Assembly: GCA_902555945.1 (NCBI GenBank)
Contig: CACDUS010000006.1
Location: 9,505-73,504, forward strand
DNA from: an uncultured Pelagibacteraceae bacterium
GTDB taxonomy: Bacteria > Pseudomonadota > Alphaproteobacteria > Pelagibacterales > Pelagibacteraceae
Direction: 5' to 3'
DNA length: 64,000 bases
The notes beneath the pieces are model-generated. The model had not been told where the DNA came from. It saw only the letters and a program-made list of their open reading frames with translations, and searched no databases. Positions 41,163 through 56,445 of this stretch are shown here, piece by piece; the first letter of the stretch is position 1; each line of letters opens with the position of its first letter. The position numbers and the translations under genes are program-made.

Positions 41163-42359
41163 TTGATCAAAAAAGCAAAAAAAACTAACTCAAACAAAAT
41201 TTCACAAATTCAAACAGGCATTTTAGTTCTTGAAAATAAGAAAGTTTTTAAAGGTATTGGAATTGGATACCAAGGAGAAGCTACAGGGGAAGTTTGTTTT
41301 AATACATCTTTAACAGGGTACCAGGAAATCATCTCAGATCCATCATATGCAGGTCAAATTATTAACTTTACTTTTCCCCATATTGGAAATGTTGGGACTA
41401 ACAAAGAAGATCATGAATCTAATAAAATATGGGCTAGAGGAGTAATATTTAACTCTGAAATAACTTCACCTTCAAACTACAGATCGTTTTTACATCTAGA
41501 TGGTTGGCTAAAAAAAAATAAAATTGTTGGAATAACTGGTTTAGACACAAGAAGTCTTACAAACTTTATTAGAGACAGAGGTGCACCTAAAGGTACGATC
41601 AGTTATTCAAAAAAAGGTAAATTCAATATCAACAAATTAACTAACTCTACCATCAAGTGGAGTGGATTAAAAAATCTTGATCTTGCAGAGGTGGTTTCAA
41701 CTCAGAAAGATTATGTTTGGAAAGGTCTTAAAACTTGGAAAAAAGAATCTGGATATATAAAAAACAATAAAAATTTATTTCATGTTGTTGCAATAGATTA
41801 TGGGATTAAAAAAAATATCTTAAGATATTTTTCTGACTTCAAATGTAAAGTTACTGTTGTTTCTTGTAAAACTAACGCACAAAAAATTTTAGCTTTAAAA
41901 CCAAATGGAATATTTCTATCAAATGGTCCTGGAGATCCAGCTGCAACAGGTAAATATGCTATAGGGATTATTAAAGATCTTATTAAAGAAAATTTACCAA
42001 TATTTGGTATTTGTTTAGGTCATCAAATTTTAGCTTTGACATTGGGAGGCAAAACAAAAAAAATGAAGCTTGGTCATAGAGGAGCAAACCATCCAGTCAA
42101 AAATTTAATTCATAACAATGTAGAAATAACAAGTCAAAACCATGGATTTGAAGTAGTTAAAGAAAATTTACCAAAAAATATTGAGGTCACACATAAATCT
42201 TTATTTGATAATAGTATTGAAGGTATCAGACTAAAAAATAAACCAGTATTTTCAGTTCAATATCATCCAGAATCTAATCCTGGACCTCAAGATAGTGTTT
42301 ATTTGTTTCAAGAATTTATTAACAACATGAAAAAAAATGCCAAAAAGAAAAGATCTTAA
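41163..42359 (+). CDS. carA: Carbamoyl-phosphate synthase small subunit
   Basis: [40 protein letters not shown]; TTG start. Confidence 0.97.
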   Translation: MIKKAKKTNSNKISQIQTGILVLENKKVFKGIGIGYQGEATGEVCFNTSLTGYQEIISDPSYAGQIINFTFPHIGNVGTNKEDHESNKIWARGVIFNSEITSPSNYRSFLHLDGWLKKNKIVGITGLDTRSLTNFIRDRGAPKGTISYSKKGKFNINKLTNSTIKWSGLKNLDLAEVVSTQKDYVWKGLKTWKKESGYIKNNKNLFHVVAIDYGIKKNILRYFSDFKCKVTVVSCKTNAQKILALKPNGIFLSNGPGDPAATGKYAIGIIKDLIKENLPIFGICLGHQILALTLGGKTKKMKLGHRGANHPVKNLIHNNVEITSQNHGFEVVKENLPKNIEVTHKSLFDNSIEGIRLKNKPVFSVQYHPESNPGPQDSVYLFQEFINNMKKNAKKKRS

Positions 42360-45300
42360 AAAAATATTAGTTGTAGGAGCTGGTCCAATAATTATAGGAC
42401 AAGCATGTGAATTTGACTACTCAGGCACACAAGCATGTAAAGCTCTAAAAGATGAGGGTTATAAAGTAGTGTTAATAAACTCAAATCCTGCAACAATTAT
42501 GACTGATCCAGATGTTGCAGATAAAACTTATATTGAACCAATTACACTAGATGTATTAGAAAAAATTCTTAAAAAAGAAAAACCAGATGCAATTCTTCCA
42601 ACAATGGGAGGACAAACTGCACTTAACCTTGCAATGGAAGCAGAGAAAAAAGGAATACTCAAAAAATACAAAATTGAATTAATAGGAGCAAATTCAAAAG
42701 CAATTTCTAATGCGGAAGATAGAAAGAAGTTTAGAAAAAATATGATAGATATTGGCTTAGATTTACCCAAATCTGAAATTGTAAATAATAATAAACAAGC
42801 ATCAAAAGTATTAAAAAAAATTGGATTACCAGTAATTATAAGACCTGCCTTTACACTTGGTGGACTTGGCGGAGGGATAGCTAAAACCAAAAAAGACTAT
42901 TTTAAGATTGTTAAAAATGGATTGCATGAGTCTCCTGTAAGCCAGGTTTTAGTTGAGGAATGTTTGGAAGGTTGGAAAGAATTTGAGATGGAGGTAGTAA
43001 GAGACAAAAAAGATAACTGTATTATCATTTGCTCAATTGAAAACATAGATCCAATGGGAATTCATACGGGTGATTCAGTAACAATTGCACCTGCTCTTAC
43101 TCTTACAGATAAAGAATATCAGGTGATGAGAAATGCATCTATTGCATGTTTGAGAAAAATTGGAGTTGAAACTGGAGGATCAAATGTTCAGTTTGCTATC
43201 AACCCTAAAAACGGTCGAATGGTTGTCATTGAAATGAATCCCCGTGTATCAAGATCATCAGCACTTGCATCAAAAGCAACTGGATTTCCAATTGCAAAAG
43301 TAGCTGCTAAATTAGCAGTTGGTTATACTCTGGATGAATTAAAAAATGAAATAACTAAAATTACCCCAGCATCATTTGAGCCAAGTATAGATTATATTGT
43401 AACTAAAATTCCAAGATTTACATTCGAAAAATTTTCAACTTCTCCTGCAACTTTAGGAACATCTATGAAATCAGTTGGTGAAGCAATGGCAATAGGAAGA
43501 AACTTTAAAGAGTCCCTGCAAAAGGCTTTAGTATCTCTTGAAACTGGTTTTTCAGGTTTAGATAGAATTTTTAATTTAAATAAAAAACAAATAGAAAAGA
43601 AACTTAAAGAAACTATTCCAAATAAGATATTATTGGTTGCTGAAGCAATTAGAAAAAAAATAAATTTAAAGAAAATATACAATTTATCTAAAATTGACCC
43701 TTGGTTTTTAGAACAAATCAAAGAAATAGTTGATTGTGAAACGCAAATCAAAACTAAAGGACTTCCTAAAGATTTCGGAGAATTTAATAGAATAAAATCT
43801 ATTGGATTTTCAGATAAAAAACTTTCAGAATTAACCAAAACTTCTGAGGAAATTGTTAGAAGAAAAAGATCAGCACTTAAAATACTTCCAGTTTATAAAA
43901 AAGTTGATACTTGTGCAGCTGAATTCAAATCTTTTACACCTTATATGTATTCAACATATCAAAGAAATTTTTCAATTAACTCAGAATGTGAATCTGAAAT
44001 ATCTAATAAGAAAAAAATAATCATTTTAGGAGGAGGACCAAATAGAATTGGTCAAGGAATTGAGTTTGATTATTGCTGCTGTCAGGCTAGTTTTTCATTA
44101 AAAGAAGCAGGTTTTGAGACAATAATGGTAAATTGTAACCCTGAAACGGTTTCCACAGACTATGATACGAGTGATCGACTGTACTTTGAGCCTTTAAAAG
44201 AAGAATATGTTTTTAATATAATTAAGAAAGAGCAAGAAAAAGGAAACCTAATAGGTGTGATAGCTCAATTTGGTGGCCAAACTCCAATTAAACTTGCTAA
44301 ATTTTTACATGACAATAAGCTTCCAATTTTAGGAACACAATATTCCTCAATAGATTTAGCAGAAGATAGAGATAGATTTAGAAAACTATTAAATAAATTA
44401 AGATTAAAACAAGCTGAGAGTGGAATTGCAAAAAGTTTCAATCAAGCTATTAAAATTGCTGATAAAATCGGATTACCATTGATGGTTAGACCGTCTTATG
44501 TTTTGGGTGGACGAGCAATGGAAATTGTTCATGAAAAAAGCCAACTAAAAAATTTTGTTCAGGAAGCATTTAAAGTAGCTGAAAATAATCCAATTTTAAT
44601 TGATAAATTCTTAGATCATGCAATGGAAGTTGATGTAGATGCAATATCAGATGGGAAAAAAGTACATGTTGCTGGAATTATGCAACATATTGAAGAAGCT
44701 GGAATTCATTCAGGAGATTCAGCCTGTAGTCTTCCTCCTATATCAATTAAACCATACCTAATTAAAGAAATTGAAGATCAAACTAAAAAATTAGCTATTG
44801 CTTTAAAAGTAAAAGGATTCATGAATATACAATTTGCAATAAAAAAAGATGAGATCTTTGTAATAGAGGTTAATCCAAGAGCAAGCAGAACTGTACCTTT
44901 TGTATCTAAAGCGAAAGGTTTACCCCTAGCAAAAATTGCCTCTAGAGTTATGACTGGTGAAAAGTTATCTAAATTTAATTTAAAAGATAAATCTAAAGGA
45001 ATGTACGCGGTGAAGGAAGCTGTGTTTCCTTTTAATAAGTTTCCAAACAGTGATTTACTTTTAGGACCAGAAATGAAATCAACTGGAGAAGTAATGGGTT
45101 TTGATAAAGATTTTGGTATGGCCTTTGCAAAAAGTCAAATTGCATCGGCTAATTCTCTTCCAAAAGAAGGTTTAGCATTCATATCATTAAAAGATTCACA
45201 TAAAGATGAAGGAATTGATCTATCTAGAGAACTTTTAAAATTAAACTTTACTTTATGTGCTACGAAAGGAACTGCTGAATATATCCAAAAACACGGGATG

Positions 45301-45564
45301 AAATGCAAAATAATAAATAAAGTAAGCAGTGGATCCCCCCACATAGTTGATGTTTTAGACTCCAAAAAAATAGCCCTGGTAATAAACACAGGTGGTGGAA
45401 ATAGTGAGCACAGGCTTAGTGATGCTATCGCACTTAGAAGAGCTACTTTGAAAAATAAAGTTCCGTACTGCACAAATATGTCCACAGCACTTGCATGTAT
45501 TGAAGGAATAAAATCCCTTAAGAAAAAAATAATAGAAGTGACTTCACTCCAAGAAATTAGATAA
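42337..45564 (+). CDS. carB: Carbamoyl-phosphate synthase large subunit
   Basis: [19 protein letters not shown], duplicated ATP-grasp domains, C-terminal MGS domain. Confidence 0.98.
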   Translation: MPKRKDLKKILVVGAGPIIIGQACEFDYSGTQACKALKDEGYKVVLINSNPATIMTDPDVADKTYIEPITLDVLEKILKKEKPDAILPTMGGQTALNLAMEAEKKGILKKYKIELIGANSKAISNAEDRKKFRKNMIDIGLDLPKSEIVNNNKQASKVLKKIGLPVIIRPAFTLGGLGGGIAKTKKDYFKIVKNGLHESPVSQVLVEECLEGWKEFEMEVVRDKKDNCIIICSIENIDPMGIHTGDSVTIAPALTLTDKEYQVMRNASIACLRKIGVETGGSNVQFAINPKNGRMVVIEMNPRVSRSSALASKATGFPIAKVAAKLAVGYTLDELKNEITKITPASFEPSIDYIVTKIPRFTFEKFSTSPATLGTSMKSVGEAMAIGRNFKESLQKALVSLETGFSGLDRIFNLNKKQIEKKLKETIPNKILLVAEAIRKKINLKKIYNLSKIDPWFLEQIKEIVDCETQIKTKGLPKDFGEFNRIKSIGFSDKKLSELTKTSEEIVRRKRSALKILPVYKKVDTCAAEFKSFTPYMYSTYQRNFSINSECESEISNKKKIIILGGGPNRIGQGIEFDYCCCQASFSLKEAGFETIMVNCNPETVSTDYDTSDRLYFEPLKEEYVFNIIKKEQEKGNLIGVIAQFGGQTPIKLAKFLHDNKLPILGTQYSSIDLAEDRDRFRKLLNKLRLKQAESGIAKSFNQAIKIADKIGLPLMVRPSYVLGGRAMEIVHEKSQLKNFVQEAFKVAENNPILIDKFLDHAMEVDVDAISDGKKVHVAGIMQHIEEAGIHSGDSACSLPPISIKPYLIKEIEDQTKKLAIALKVKGFMNIQFAIKKDEIFVIEVNPRASRTVPFVSKAKGLPLAKIASRVMTGEKLSKFNLKDKSKGMYAVKEAVFPFNKFPNSDLLLGPEMKSTGEVMGFDKDFGMAFAKSQIASANSLPKEGLAFISLKDSHKDEGIDLSRELLKLNFTLCATKGTAEYIQKHGMKCKIINKVSSGSPHIVDVLDSKKIALVINTGGGNSEHRLSDAIALRRATLKNKVPYCTNMSTALACIEGIKSLKKKIIEVTSLQEIR

Positions 45565-45700
45565 CTTTAATCAATTAAAAGTTGTTATTTAAAGTTACAA
45601 TTAATAGTTGAAAATAATTTTCAATTTAATTTTCATTAACCCAAAATGATTAGTAAGTTGCTTGATATAAATTACAAAAAATTTTTAATAGCTATAGTTT

Positions 45701-45946
45701 ATGAGTTCAGAACTTCACAAGCACATAGAAAAAGCAATAGATAAAAAAGAAAATTTATTTAATGCAAAAATAATTAATTTTCCAAACGAAAAAGATTCAA
45801 ATAACACCCTTGATTTTAAAATTAAAAATTTTGATCACTGGAAAATTAGTGATGATTCTAACATTGATCAATATAAAGCAGTAACTGGTATTTGTTTTAT
45901 GATAGGAATTTTGACAATATTAGGACTATATTCAAATCTTTTGTAG
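45701..45946 (+). CDS. Small hypothetical protein with a C-terminal TM helix
   Basis: 81-aa ORF filling the gap after carB; hydrophobic tail AVTGICFMIGILTILGLYSNLL. Confidence 0.6.
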   Translation: MSSELHKHIEKAIDKKENLFNAKIINFPNEKDSNNTLDFKIKNFDHWKISDDSNIDQYKAVTGICFMIGILTILGLYSNLL

Positions 45947-45956
45947 CTAAATTTAG

Positions 45957-46619
45957 CTAGTCAACTTTCCAATCTGTAGGAAAAGTAACATAATTTACCT
46001 GAATACATCGTCTTTCTTTTATAATTTTTTTTTTTTCCATCCCATGCCAAGTATTAGGGCCACTACTAAACAAATATCCATAGTTATGTTTATAAGGAAC
46101 TGTTTTTACTTTCTCCAATTTTTCATTATAAAAATCTGTGCCTAAATCCTCAGACTCGTTTTTATCATTTACAAAAATTAAACCAGACATTAGTTTTTCT
46201 TTAATATCGCAATGAGGCTTTAACCAGAAACCTTCTCTATCACATATAACTTCTACCCTTACATATGATTTAGATAAATCCTTATTAATCATTTTTGAGA
46301 TAATTTGATAAGTTTCTTTAGATTGTAGTTCATTAATAAATTTTACAAGATTAGGAAATTGAGATGAATTTTCTTTAGTGATGAAACATCTAAATTTAAT
46401 AGCCTTACCTCCAGAAGCGATACCTTCTCTAAATTCAGGAGTACCTCCATCAATAGCTCTTGTTCCATCATAAGATAAATCATGTTTACTTACATCTGGA
46501 ATATCTGCATTTATAATTTCTTTAATTGCACCTTCGCTCAAAGCATTATTGTATTCCCAGTGATCAAATGGAAAATCATGTTTCTTGGATTGATTTAAAA
46601 TAGATTTAAGAAAAGTCAT
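45957..46619 (-). CDS. 2OG-Fe(II) dioxygenase-like protein
   Basis: HxD (PHCD), distal H (TWHG), RxxxxxN terminal strand (ERRCIQVNY). Confidence 0.75.
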   Translation of the reverse strand: MTFLKSILNQSKKHDFPFDHWEYNNALSEGAIKEIINADIPDVSKHDLSYDGTRAIDGGTPEFREGIASGGKAIKFRCFITKENSSQFPNLVKFINELQSKETYQIISKMINKDLSKSYVRVEVICDREGFWLKPHCDIKEKLMSGLIFVNDKNESEDLGTDFYNEKLEKVKTVPYKHNYGYLFSSGPNTWHGMEKKKIIKERRCIQVNYVTFPTDWKVD

Positions 46620-47556
46620 AATTTTTAATATGGTCTTTTATATATCTTGATATTCTGTCAGTTTCATTAAGTTTTTCATAATTCCAATTTTCAATTGAGT
46701 TTTCTAAATCTTTAACGATATTTAAATTTTTAAATAATTCAAAAAATTTTTTAAATCTCTTATTTTGTTTTATGGGAGGCATTTGAGCTATATAAATTGG
46801 TTTTCCAGTCATAGCAGCTTCTGAAATCATTGAAGTTGAATCGCATGTTACAACTATGTAATCTGACAACTTTAAAGATGAAAGATATGCTTTTTTATCA
46901 ACTTCATCAATAATGATTTGATCATTATCGAAACTATTTTTTGCTAAATCAATTATTTTTTCAGGTGTTCTCATTGAAGGAATTAAAATTAATTGAAAAC
47001 CTTTTTCAATGAAATTTTTTTTAATTTTTAAAAATATTTCATTAATAATTCCTTCATTATAATCATAGTATTTATTAGGACCTCCTACAATTAACGTAAC
47101 AATTTTTTCTTTCTTTATCAGATGTTTTAAGTAATTAGCATTTTCATTTAACTCGTTTTCTCTTAAGTAATGTATTGCACCTTTGCTTGTAATAACGTTT
47201 TTTCCCTCTATGCTGTCATGTTCTGGCGCAACAATAAAATCAAAATTTTTTAATGAAACTTTTGGATCTTGAATATGAATATTCACAATTTTATTCTTAG
47301 ATTTTTTTTTCAAAAAAATTGAGGGAATGACACTTTTTCTTCCACAAGAAATAACAATATCAAAATTTTGATTTATTTTATTTTTAAAAACAAATTCTTT
47401 TATTGGAGTAAATTTTGGGGGAATCAATTTCCAAAAATTATTAAGTTCAATTTTCTCGTGTGTAAAATCTAGATCTAATGCCTTAGCAAGTCCCTCGACT
47501 TGACTAATCATTCCATGCATTCCTTCTGTTAATAATAAACCTTTTAATTTAGACAT
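46606..47556 (-). CDS. ELM1/GtrOC1-family putative glycosyltransferase
   Basis: GMISQVEGLA, ISCGR, IHIQDP, FDFIV.PEHD, GAIH, LIVGG, SMRTP, VTCDSTSMISEA. Confidence 0.85.
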   Translation of the reverse strand: MSKLKGLLLTEGMHGMISQVEGLAKALDLDFTHEKIELNNFWKLIPPKFTPIKEFVFKNKINQNFDIVISCGRKSVIPSIFLKKKSKNKIVNIHIQDPKVSLKNFDFIVAPEHDSIEGKNVITSKGAIHYLRENELNENANYLKHLIKKEKIVTLIVGGPNKYYDYNEGIINEIFLKIKKNFIEKGFQLILIPSMRTPEKIIDLAKNSFDNDQIIIDEVDKKAYLSSLKLSDYIVVTCDSTSMISEAAMTGKPIYIAQMPPIKQNKRFKKFFELFKNLNIVKDLENSIENWNYEKLNETDRISRYIKDHIKNYDFS

Positions 47557-47577
47557 TAATTACTATATAGCTTTCAT

Positions 47578-48522
47578 ATGAGTCAAAATCCAACTAAACA
47601 CACAAAAGTGTTAATAATTGGATCCGGTCCAGCCGGATACACAGCTGCAGTTTATGCTGCTAGGGCAATGTTAAATCCAGTTTTAGTTTATGGTTCTGCA
47701 CCAGGTGGACAATTAACAACTACCACTGATGTTGAAAACTATCCTGGTTTTGCAGATGTTATCCAGGGCCCATGGTTAATGGATCAAATGAAAGATCAAG
47801 CGAAAGCTGTTGGAACTGAAATGATTGAAGATCATATTGCTTCGGTAAATTTAAAATCAAAACCTTTTGAAGCTGTGGGTGATAGTGGTCAAAAGTATAC
47901 AGCGGATAGTATTATTATTTCAACAGGTGCTCAAGCACGATGGTTAAATTTAAAATCAGAACAAGAATTTAGAGGTTTTGGAGTTTCAGCTTGTGCGACT
48001 TGCGACGGCTTCTTTTTTAAGGACAAAGAAGTTGCAGTTGTGGGAGGTGGAAATGCTGCGGTTGAAGAAGCTATGTTTCTAACAAAATTTGCATCTAAAG
48101 TTAAATTAATACACAGAAGAGATAGTTTGAGAGCTGAAAAAATGCTTCAAAAAAAATTAATGGAAAATAAAAAAATTGAAATTATTTGGGACTCAATAGT
48201 TGAAGATGTTATTGGTGATAATGAACCGAAAAATGTTAAAGGAATAAAAGTAAAGAATGTCAAAACGAATAAAGTTGATGAATTAAAACTAGATGGATTA
48301 TTCATTGCAATTGGTCATGATCCAGCAACACAATTATTCAAAAATCAATTAGATATGGATAAAGAGGGATATTTAATTACTAAACCTGACTCAACAGAAA
48401 CGAATATTCCAGGTGTTTATGCTGCAGGAGACGTGAAAGATAAAACTTTCAGACAAGCAGTTACTGCTGCAGGAATGGGTTGTATGGCTGCATTGGAAGC
48501 AGAAAAGTTTTTATCTCACTAA
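47578..48522 (+). CDS. trxB: Thioredoxin-disulfide reductase
   Basis: GSGPAGYTAA, SACATCDGFF, GGGNAAVEEA, AGDV.D..FRQAVTAAG.GC. Confidence 0.97.
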   Translation: MSQNPTKHTKVLIIGSGPAGYTAAVYAARAMLNPVLVYGSAPGGQLTTTTDVENYPGFADVIQGPWLMDQMKDQAKAVGTEMIEDHIASVNLKSKPFEAVGDSGQKYTADSIIISTGAQARWLNLKSEQEFRGFGVSACATCDGFFFKDKEVAVVGGGNAAVEEAMFLTKFASKVKLIHRRDSLRAEKMLQKKLMENKKIEIIWDSIVEDVIGDNEPKNVKGIKVKNVKTNKVDELKLDGLFIAIGHDPATQLFKNQLDMDKEGYLITKPDSTETNIPGVYAAGDVKDKTFRQAVTAAGMGCMAALEAEKFLSH

Positions 48523-51902
<3,380 letters not shown>

Positions 51903-51921
<19 letters not shown>

Positions 51922-52658
51922 TTATTACTGGTGGAGCAACAAGAATTGGTGCGGCCATAGCTGAAAAATTATCAGGTCCTGATAATCAAATTGTAATTCA
52001 TTACCATAAATCTAAGACAAAAGCTGAAAATCTAAAAAAAAAACTTCAAAATTATGGAACAAAAATATACTTAGTTAAAGGAGATCTTAGTAAGGAAAAA
52101 GATATCATTAAAATTATTAAATTTTCAAAATCAAAAATGAAATTTTTTGACTGCTTAATAAATAATGCCTCATTATTTGAAAATGATAAATTAGATAATT
52201 TTACATCAAAAAGTTGGGAAAAACATATTTCTACAAATCTTAAAGCTCCTGCTCTTTTATCAAAAGAGTTTTCAAAGAATATTAGAGACGGAAATAACAA
52301 TATTATCAATATAATTGATCAAAGAGTATTTAAGCTTACTCCATATTTCTTCTCATACACATTAAGTAAAACAGGCCTTTATACTTTAACGAAAACAAGC
52401 GCGATGAGTTTGTCACCAAACATAAGAGTTAATGGAATAGCCCCTGGACCTACAATTAAAAATAAAAGACAATCAGAAAAACATTTTAAAAGTCAATATT
52501 TAGCAACTCCACTTAAACAACAAGTTGATGTAAATGAAATTTGTAATGCTGTTGACTTCTTTATTAAAAACAGTTCTATTACAGGACAAATTTTGGCAAT
52601 AGATAGTGGTCAAAGTTTGAATTGGCAAACACCAGATATACTTAAAGGTAAAGAATGA
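51903..52658 (+). CDS. SDR oxidoreductase, pteridine reductase/FolM-like
   Basis: [35 protein letters not shown]. Confidence 0.82.
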
Positions 52659-53080
52659 GAAAAAATAATTTTAAGATTGTTAAAATTGATAAATCCAAAA
52701 GCTTATTTAACTATGAGAAAAAAATTCTAATTAATGAACTTATTTTGGATTTAAAGCTTGGCTATTATGATTTTGAGAAAGAGAAAGCACAAAAAGTAAA
52801 ATTTAGTTTAGAAATTGACTATCAAGACAAAAAACCTTCGAATGATAAAGATCTCAAATCAATCGTAAATTATGCAACTATTGTAAAATTAATTAAAAAA
52901 CTTATTAAAAAGAAGCACTATAATTTTTTGGAAACTTTAGCTGAAGCTGTTTTTGATGAGTTATTTAAAGATAAAAGAATTGGTAAAATAATGTTAAAGA
53001 TTGAAAAAATGGAAATTTTAAAAGAATGTTCATCAGTTGGTATTCAAATTACCAAAAAAAGAAGTCATGATAAGCTCTGA
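52655..53080 (+). CDS. folB: Dihydroneopterin aldolase
   Basis: G.YDFEK...Q, SIVNYA, FLETLAE, KIEK, VGI.I. Confidence 0.82.
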   Translation: MRKNNFKIVKIDKSKSLFNYEKKILINELILDLKLGYYDFEKEKAQKVKFSLEIDYQDKKPSNDKDLKSIVNYATIVKLIKKLIKKKHYNFLETLAEAVFDELFKDKRIGKIMLKIEKMEILKECSSVGIQITKKRSHDKL

Positions 53081-54902
53081 GATTGGCAAAGAAGTAATTA
53101 AAAAAGAACTCACCCTTATTCCCAAACTACCTGGTGTTTACCGAATGCTTAACAATAAAGGAGATATCCTTTATGTTGGTAAAGCAAAAAATTTACCTAA
53201 TAGACTAAAAAGCTACATAGCTGAAAAAAATCATATCATTAGAACAGAAAGAATGTTGTCTCAAACAAGAAAGCTAGAAATAACCACAACCTCAAATGAG
53301 AGTGAAGCTTTACTTCTTGAAGCAAATTTAATCAAAAAATATAAACCAAAATTTAATATTCTTTTAAGAGATGATAAATCTTTTCCATTTATTTATATTG
53401 GCAACAAAGATAAATGGCCACAAATAAAACGACATAGAGGAAAAAAGACAAAAGAAGGATTTTACTTTGGACCGTTTGCTTCAGCTGGTTCTGCTAATTG
53501 GACTATTAAAATGATACAAAAAATTTTCCACCTAAGAGTTTGTGATGATACAGTTTTTAAAAATAGACAACGACCTTGCATTTTATATCAAATCAAAAGA
53601 TGTTCTGGACCATGTGTTGGGTATATAAATGAAAATGAATATAAAAAGACTGTCGACGATGCAATTGAATTTGTCTCTGGTAAATCAAGAAAAATACAAA
53701 AAAGTCTTTCAGACCAAATGGAAAAAGCGAGTGAAGATTTAGATTTTGAAAAAGCAGTAATTTTAAGAGATAGAATAAAATCATTAAACATAATTCAATC
53801 ATCACAAAGAATTAATGAGGCAAATTTAATTGAAGCGGATGTAATTGCTGGCTATAAAGAATCTGGTAAAACTTGTATTCAAGTTTTTTTTTATCGTTCA
53901 AAACAAAATTGGGGTAATCAAGCTTTTTTTCCAAAGCATGATCCTGACGAAAAATTAAGTGATATATTAAATTCTTTTGTTTCTCAGTTTTATGAAAATA
54001 AAAGTGTTCCTTCATCAATAATATTATCTGAGGAAATTAAAGAAAAAACTTTGATTGAAAAAACTCTTTCTCAAAAAGAAGAAAAGCAAATTGTTATTTC
54101 TGTTGCAAAAAAAGGATCAAAATTAAAAGTAATTAATCAAGCAATAAAGAATGCTAAGGATAGTCTAAATAGAAAACTTTATGAAAGCCAAAATAATAGA
54201 GAATTATTCGATGCAGTTGCAAGTAAATTTAGTCTGGAAACAAATATCAATTTAATTGAAGTATATGACAATAGTCATATTCAAGGAACAAATAGTGTTG
54301 GAGCATTAATTGCCTATGGTGATGAAGGTTTTATTAAAAAAAGGTATAGAAAATTTAATATTAAGATACAAAAAAATGAGCAAGATGACTATGGTATGAT
54401 GAGAGAAGTACTAAACAGAAGATTTAAAAGAGCTATTCAAGAAAAAGACAATTACCTGACTTTTCCTGATTTGGTTATGATTGATGGGGGCAAAGGTCAG
54501 TATTCTGTCGCAAGAGAAACTCTAAATGAACTTGGGCTTCACGATTTACCGATAGTTGCAATAGCCAAAGGGAAACAAAGAAATAGTGGCAATGAGACTT
54601 TTTTTCATAATGGTAAAGAGTTTAAATTTACGAAAAATGACCCTACTCTTTTCTTCCTTCAAAGAATCAGAGATGAGTCCCATAGATTTGCAATAAGTGC
54701 ACACAGAGCTAAAAGAAAAAAAGGAATAAGCAAATCTTTACTTGATCAAATTGAGGGCATAGGATCCATAAGAAAAAGAGCTTTATTAAATCATTTTGGA
54801 TCTGCTAGAGCTGTTGAGTCGGCTAGTCTTGATGAAATTAAATCAGTAGAAGGTGTTGAGGCAAAAGTTGCTAAAAAGATATATAACTTCTTTCATGAAT
54901 AA
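53067..54902 (+). CDS. uvrC: Excinuclease ABC subunit C
   Basis: [36 protein letters not shown], HhH motifs; ATG at 53067 chosen. Confidence 0.97.
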   Translation: MISSEIGKEVIKKELTLIPKLPGVYRMLNNKGDILYVGKAKNLPNRLKSYIAEKNHIIRTERMLSQTRKLEITTTSNESEALLLEANLIKKYKPKFNILLRDDKSFPFIYIGNKDKWPQIKRHRGKKTKEGFYFGPFASAGSANWTIKMIQKIFHLRVCDDTVFKNRQRPCILYQIKRCSGPCVGYINENEYKKTVDDAIEFVSGKSRKIQKSLSDQMEKASEDLDFEKAVILRDRIKSLNIIQSSQRINEANLIEADVIAGYKESGKTCIQVFFYRSKQNWGNQAFFPKHDPDEKLSDILNSFVSQFYENKSVPSSIILSEEIKEKTLIEKTLSQKEEKQIVISVAKKGSKLKVINQAIKNAKDSLNRKLYESQNNRELFDAVASKFSLETNINLIEVYDNSHIQGTNSVGALIAYGDEGFIKKRYRKFNIKIQKNEQDDYGMMREVLNRRFKRAIQEKDNYLTFPDLVMIDGGKGQYSVARETLNELGLHDLPIVAIAKGKQRNSGNETFFHNGKEFKFTKNDPTLFFLQRIRDESHRFAISAHRAKRKKGISKSLLDQIEGIGSIRKRALLNHFGSARAVESASLDEIKSVEGVEAKVAKKIYNFFHE

Positions 54903-54910
54903 AAATTATT

Positions 54911-55495
54911 ATGCTTAAAAAAATACCAAATATATTAACAGTGGGTAGAATTTTAATTGTGCCTTTTTTTGTTTTGGCTTTTTATTTACCAGGATTTTAT
55001 GGGGATTTAACAGCTTTAATATTATTTATTATTGCATCATTTACAGATTTTTTAGATGGTATGTTAGCTAGATTGCTAGGTGAAGAGTCTAAACTGGGTG
55101 AATTATTAGATCCAATAGCAGACAAGATTATTGTAGCTACTGCTCTAATTTTATTAGTGATGGATGGAACAATTCGTAATTATGAGGTGATCGCTGCGAT
55201 AATTATTTTAACAAGAGAAATATTAATTTCAGGTTTAAGAGAATTTTTAGCAAAAGGAAAAATAAAACTACCAGTTTCAAATCTTGCAAAATTAAAAACA
55301 GTTTTACAAATGGTATCAATTGCTCTTTTGCTTTCTGGTGATACAGGGAATAAAATTATTAATTTTCAAGATTATAACGCTCAAACTATTGGGATAATCC
55401 TTTTATGGCTTTCAGCTGCTCTCACACTTTTTACAGGATATGAGTACATGCGAAAAGGAATTGATCACGCAATATCAGAAGACAATAAAGATTAA
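54911..55495 (+). CDS. pgsA: CDP-diacylglycerol--glycerol-3-phosphate 3-phosphatidyltransferase
   Basis: PNILT..R, TDFLDG.LAR...EESKLG..LDPIADK, REILISGLRE. Confidence 0.95.
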   Translation: MLKKIPNILTVGRILIVPFFVLAFYLPGFYGDLTALILFIIASFTDFLDGMLARLLGEESKLGELLDPIADKIIVATALILLVMDGTIRNYEVIAAIIILTREILISGLREFLAKGKIKLPVSNLAKLKTVLQMVSIALLLSGDTGNKIINFQDYNAQTIGIILLWLSAALTLFTGYEYMRKGIDHAISEDNKD

Positions 55496-56373
55496 GCTGC
55501 TTTTTTCTTTTTTACTAAAGCTTGATAAGACTCGTTTAAATCAATTATCATTTCACAAACTTTAAAATGATTTTCAGCTATACATGACACAGGTGTTACT
55601 TCAGCTGCCGTTCCCGTTAAGAAACATCCTACAAAACTTTTTAATTCCTCTGGTTTAATTTTTCTTTCATGAACTTTTATATTTTTTGATTTTGCTATTT
55701 CAATTACAGTTCTTCTTGTAATTCCATCTAAAAATGAGTCGGGTATTGGAGTATGTATTTCTCCATTTTTATCTTTAAAAAAAATATTCGCTCCTGTAGC
55801 CTCGGCAACATTTCCTTCATGATCTAGCATAAGCGAATCTGTATAACCTTGTTTTTCTGCTTCATGTTTTGAGAGTGTACAGATCATGTACAATCCTGAA
55901 GCTTTTGTATCCCATGGTATAGTATTAGGTGCAGGTCTTCTCCAACTTGAAATATTTAATTTTATTCCTTCAATCTTTAACTTTGGGTCGAAATATGAAC
56001 CCCATTCCCAAGTTGCAATTGCAACATGAATTTTAGTTTGTTGAGCAGAAATCGCCATCATCTCACTTCCTCTCCATGCAACAGGTCTTACGTAGCCATT
56101 TTTAACTTTCTGAGTAGCTATAATTTTTTTTGATGCTGAATTAATTTCACTTTCACTATATGGGATTTCAAAACCCATTCTTTTTGCAGAATAAAAAAGT
56201 CTTGATGTGTGTTCCTCTAACTTAAATATTGAACCATCATAAACTCTTTCACCCTCAAAAACACAGCTCGCATAATGTAATCCATGGCTTAATACATGTA
56301 CTTTTACATCTGACCAATCAACTAATTCGCCATTGTACCATATTTTTCCTGATCTCTTGTCGTAGGGTATCAT
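55492..56373 (-). CDS. ilvE: Branched-chain amino acid aminotransferase (class IV)
   Basis: LHYASCVFEG.R, K..G.Y, EATGANIF, LDGITR, GTAAEVTP. Confidence 0.95.
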   Translation of the reverse strand: MIPYDKRSGKIWYNGELVDWSDVKVHVLSHGLHYASCVFEGERVYDGSIFKLEEHTSRLFYSAKRMGFEIPYSESEINSASKKIIATQKVKNGYVRPVAWRGSEMMAISAQQTKIHVAIATWEWGSYFDPKLKIEGIKLNISSWRRPAPNTIPWDTKASGLYMICTLSKHEAEKQGYTDSLMLDHEGNVAEATGANIFFKDKNGEIHTPIPDSFLDGITRRTVIEIAKSKNIKVHERKIKPEELKSFVGCFLTGTAAEVTPVSCIAENHFKVCEMIIDLNESYQALVKKKKAA

Positions 56374-56394
56374 TTTAGAAATTTAAAAAAATTA

Positions 56395-56430
56395 TTACCA
56401 AAAAATATCTTTGTATCTATAATATGTCAA
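56395..56430. promoter_or_regulatory. Overlapping divergent sigma70-like promoters (ilvE / marR-family gene)
   Basis: + strand TTACCA (56395) - 17 bp - TATAAT (56418); minus strand TTGACA (56430-56425) - 17 bp - TATTTT (56407-56402). Confidence 0.5.
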
Positions 56431-56445
56431 TATAACTTACCTATA

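Noticed and set aside
41152-41166. Four-codon uORF (MSCN) whose stop overlaps the carA TTG start
   Set aside because: No Arg or pyrimidine-related features; the GAG within it is more simply a weak Shine-Dalgarno.
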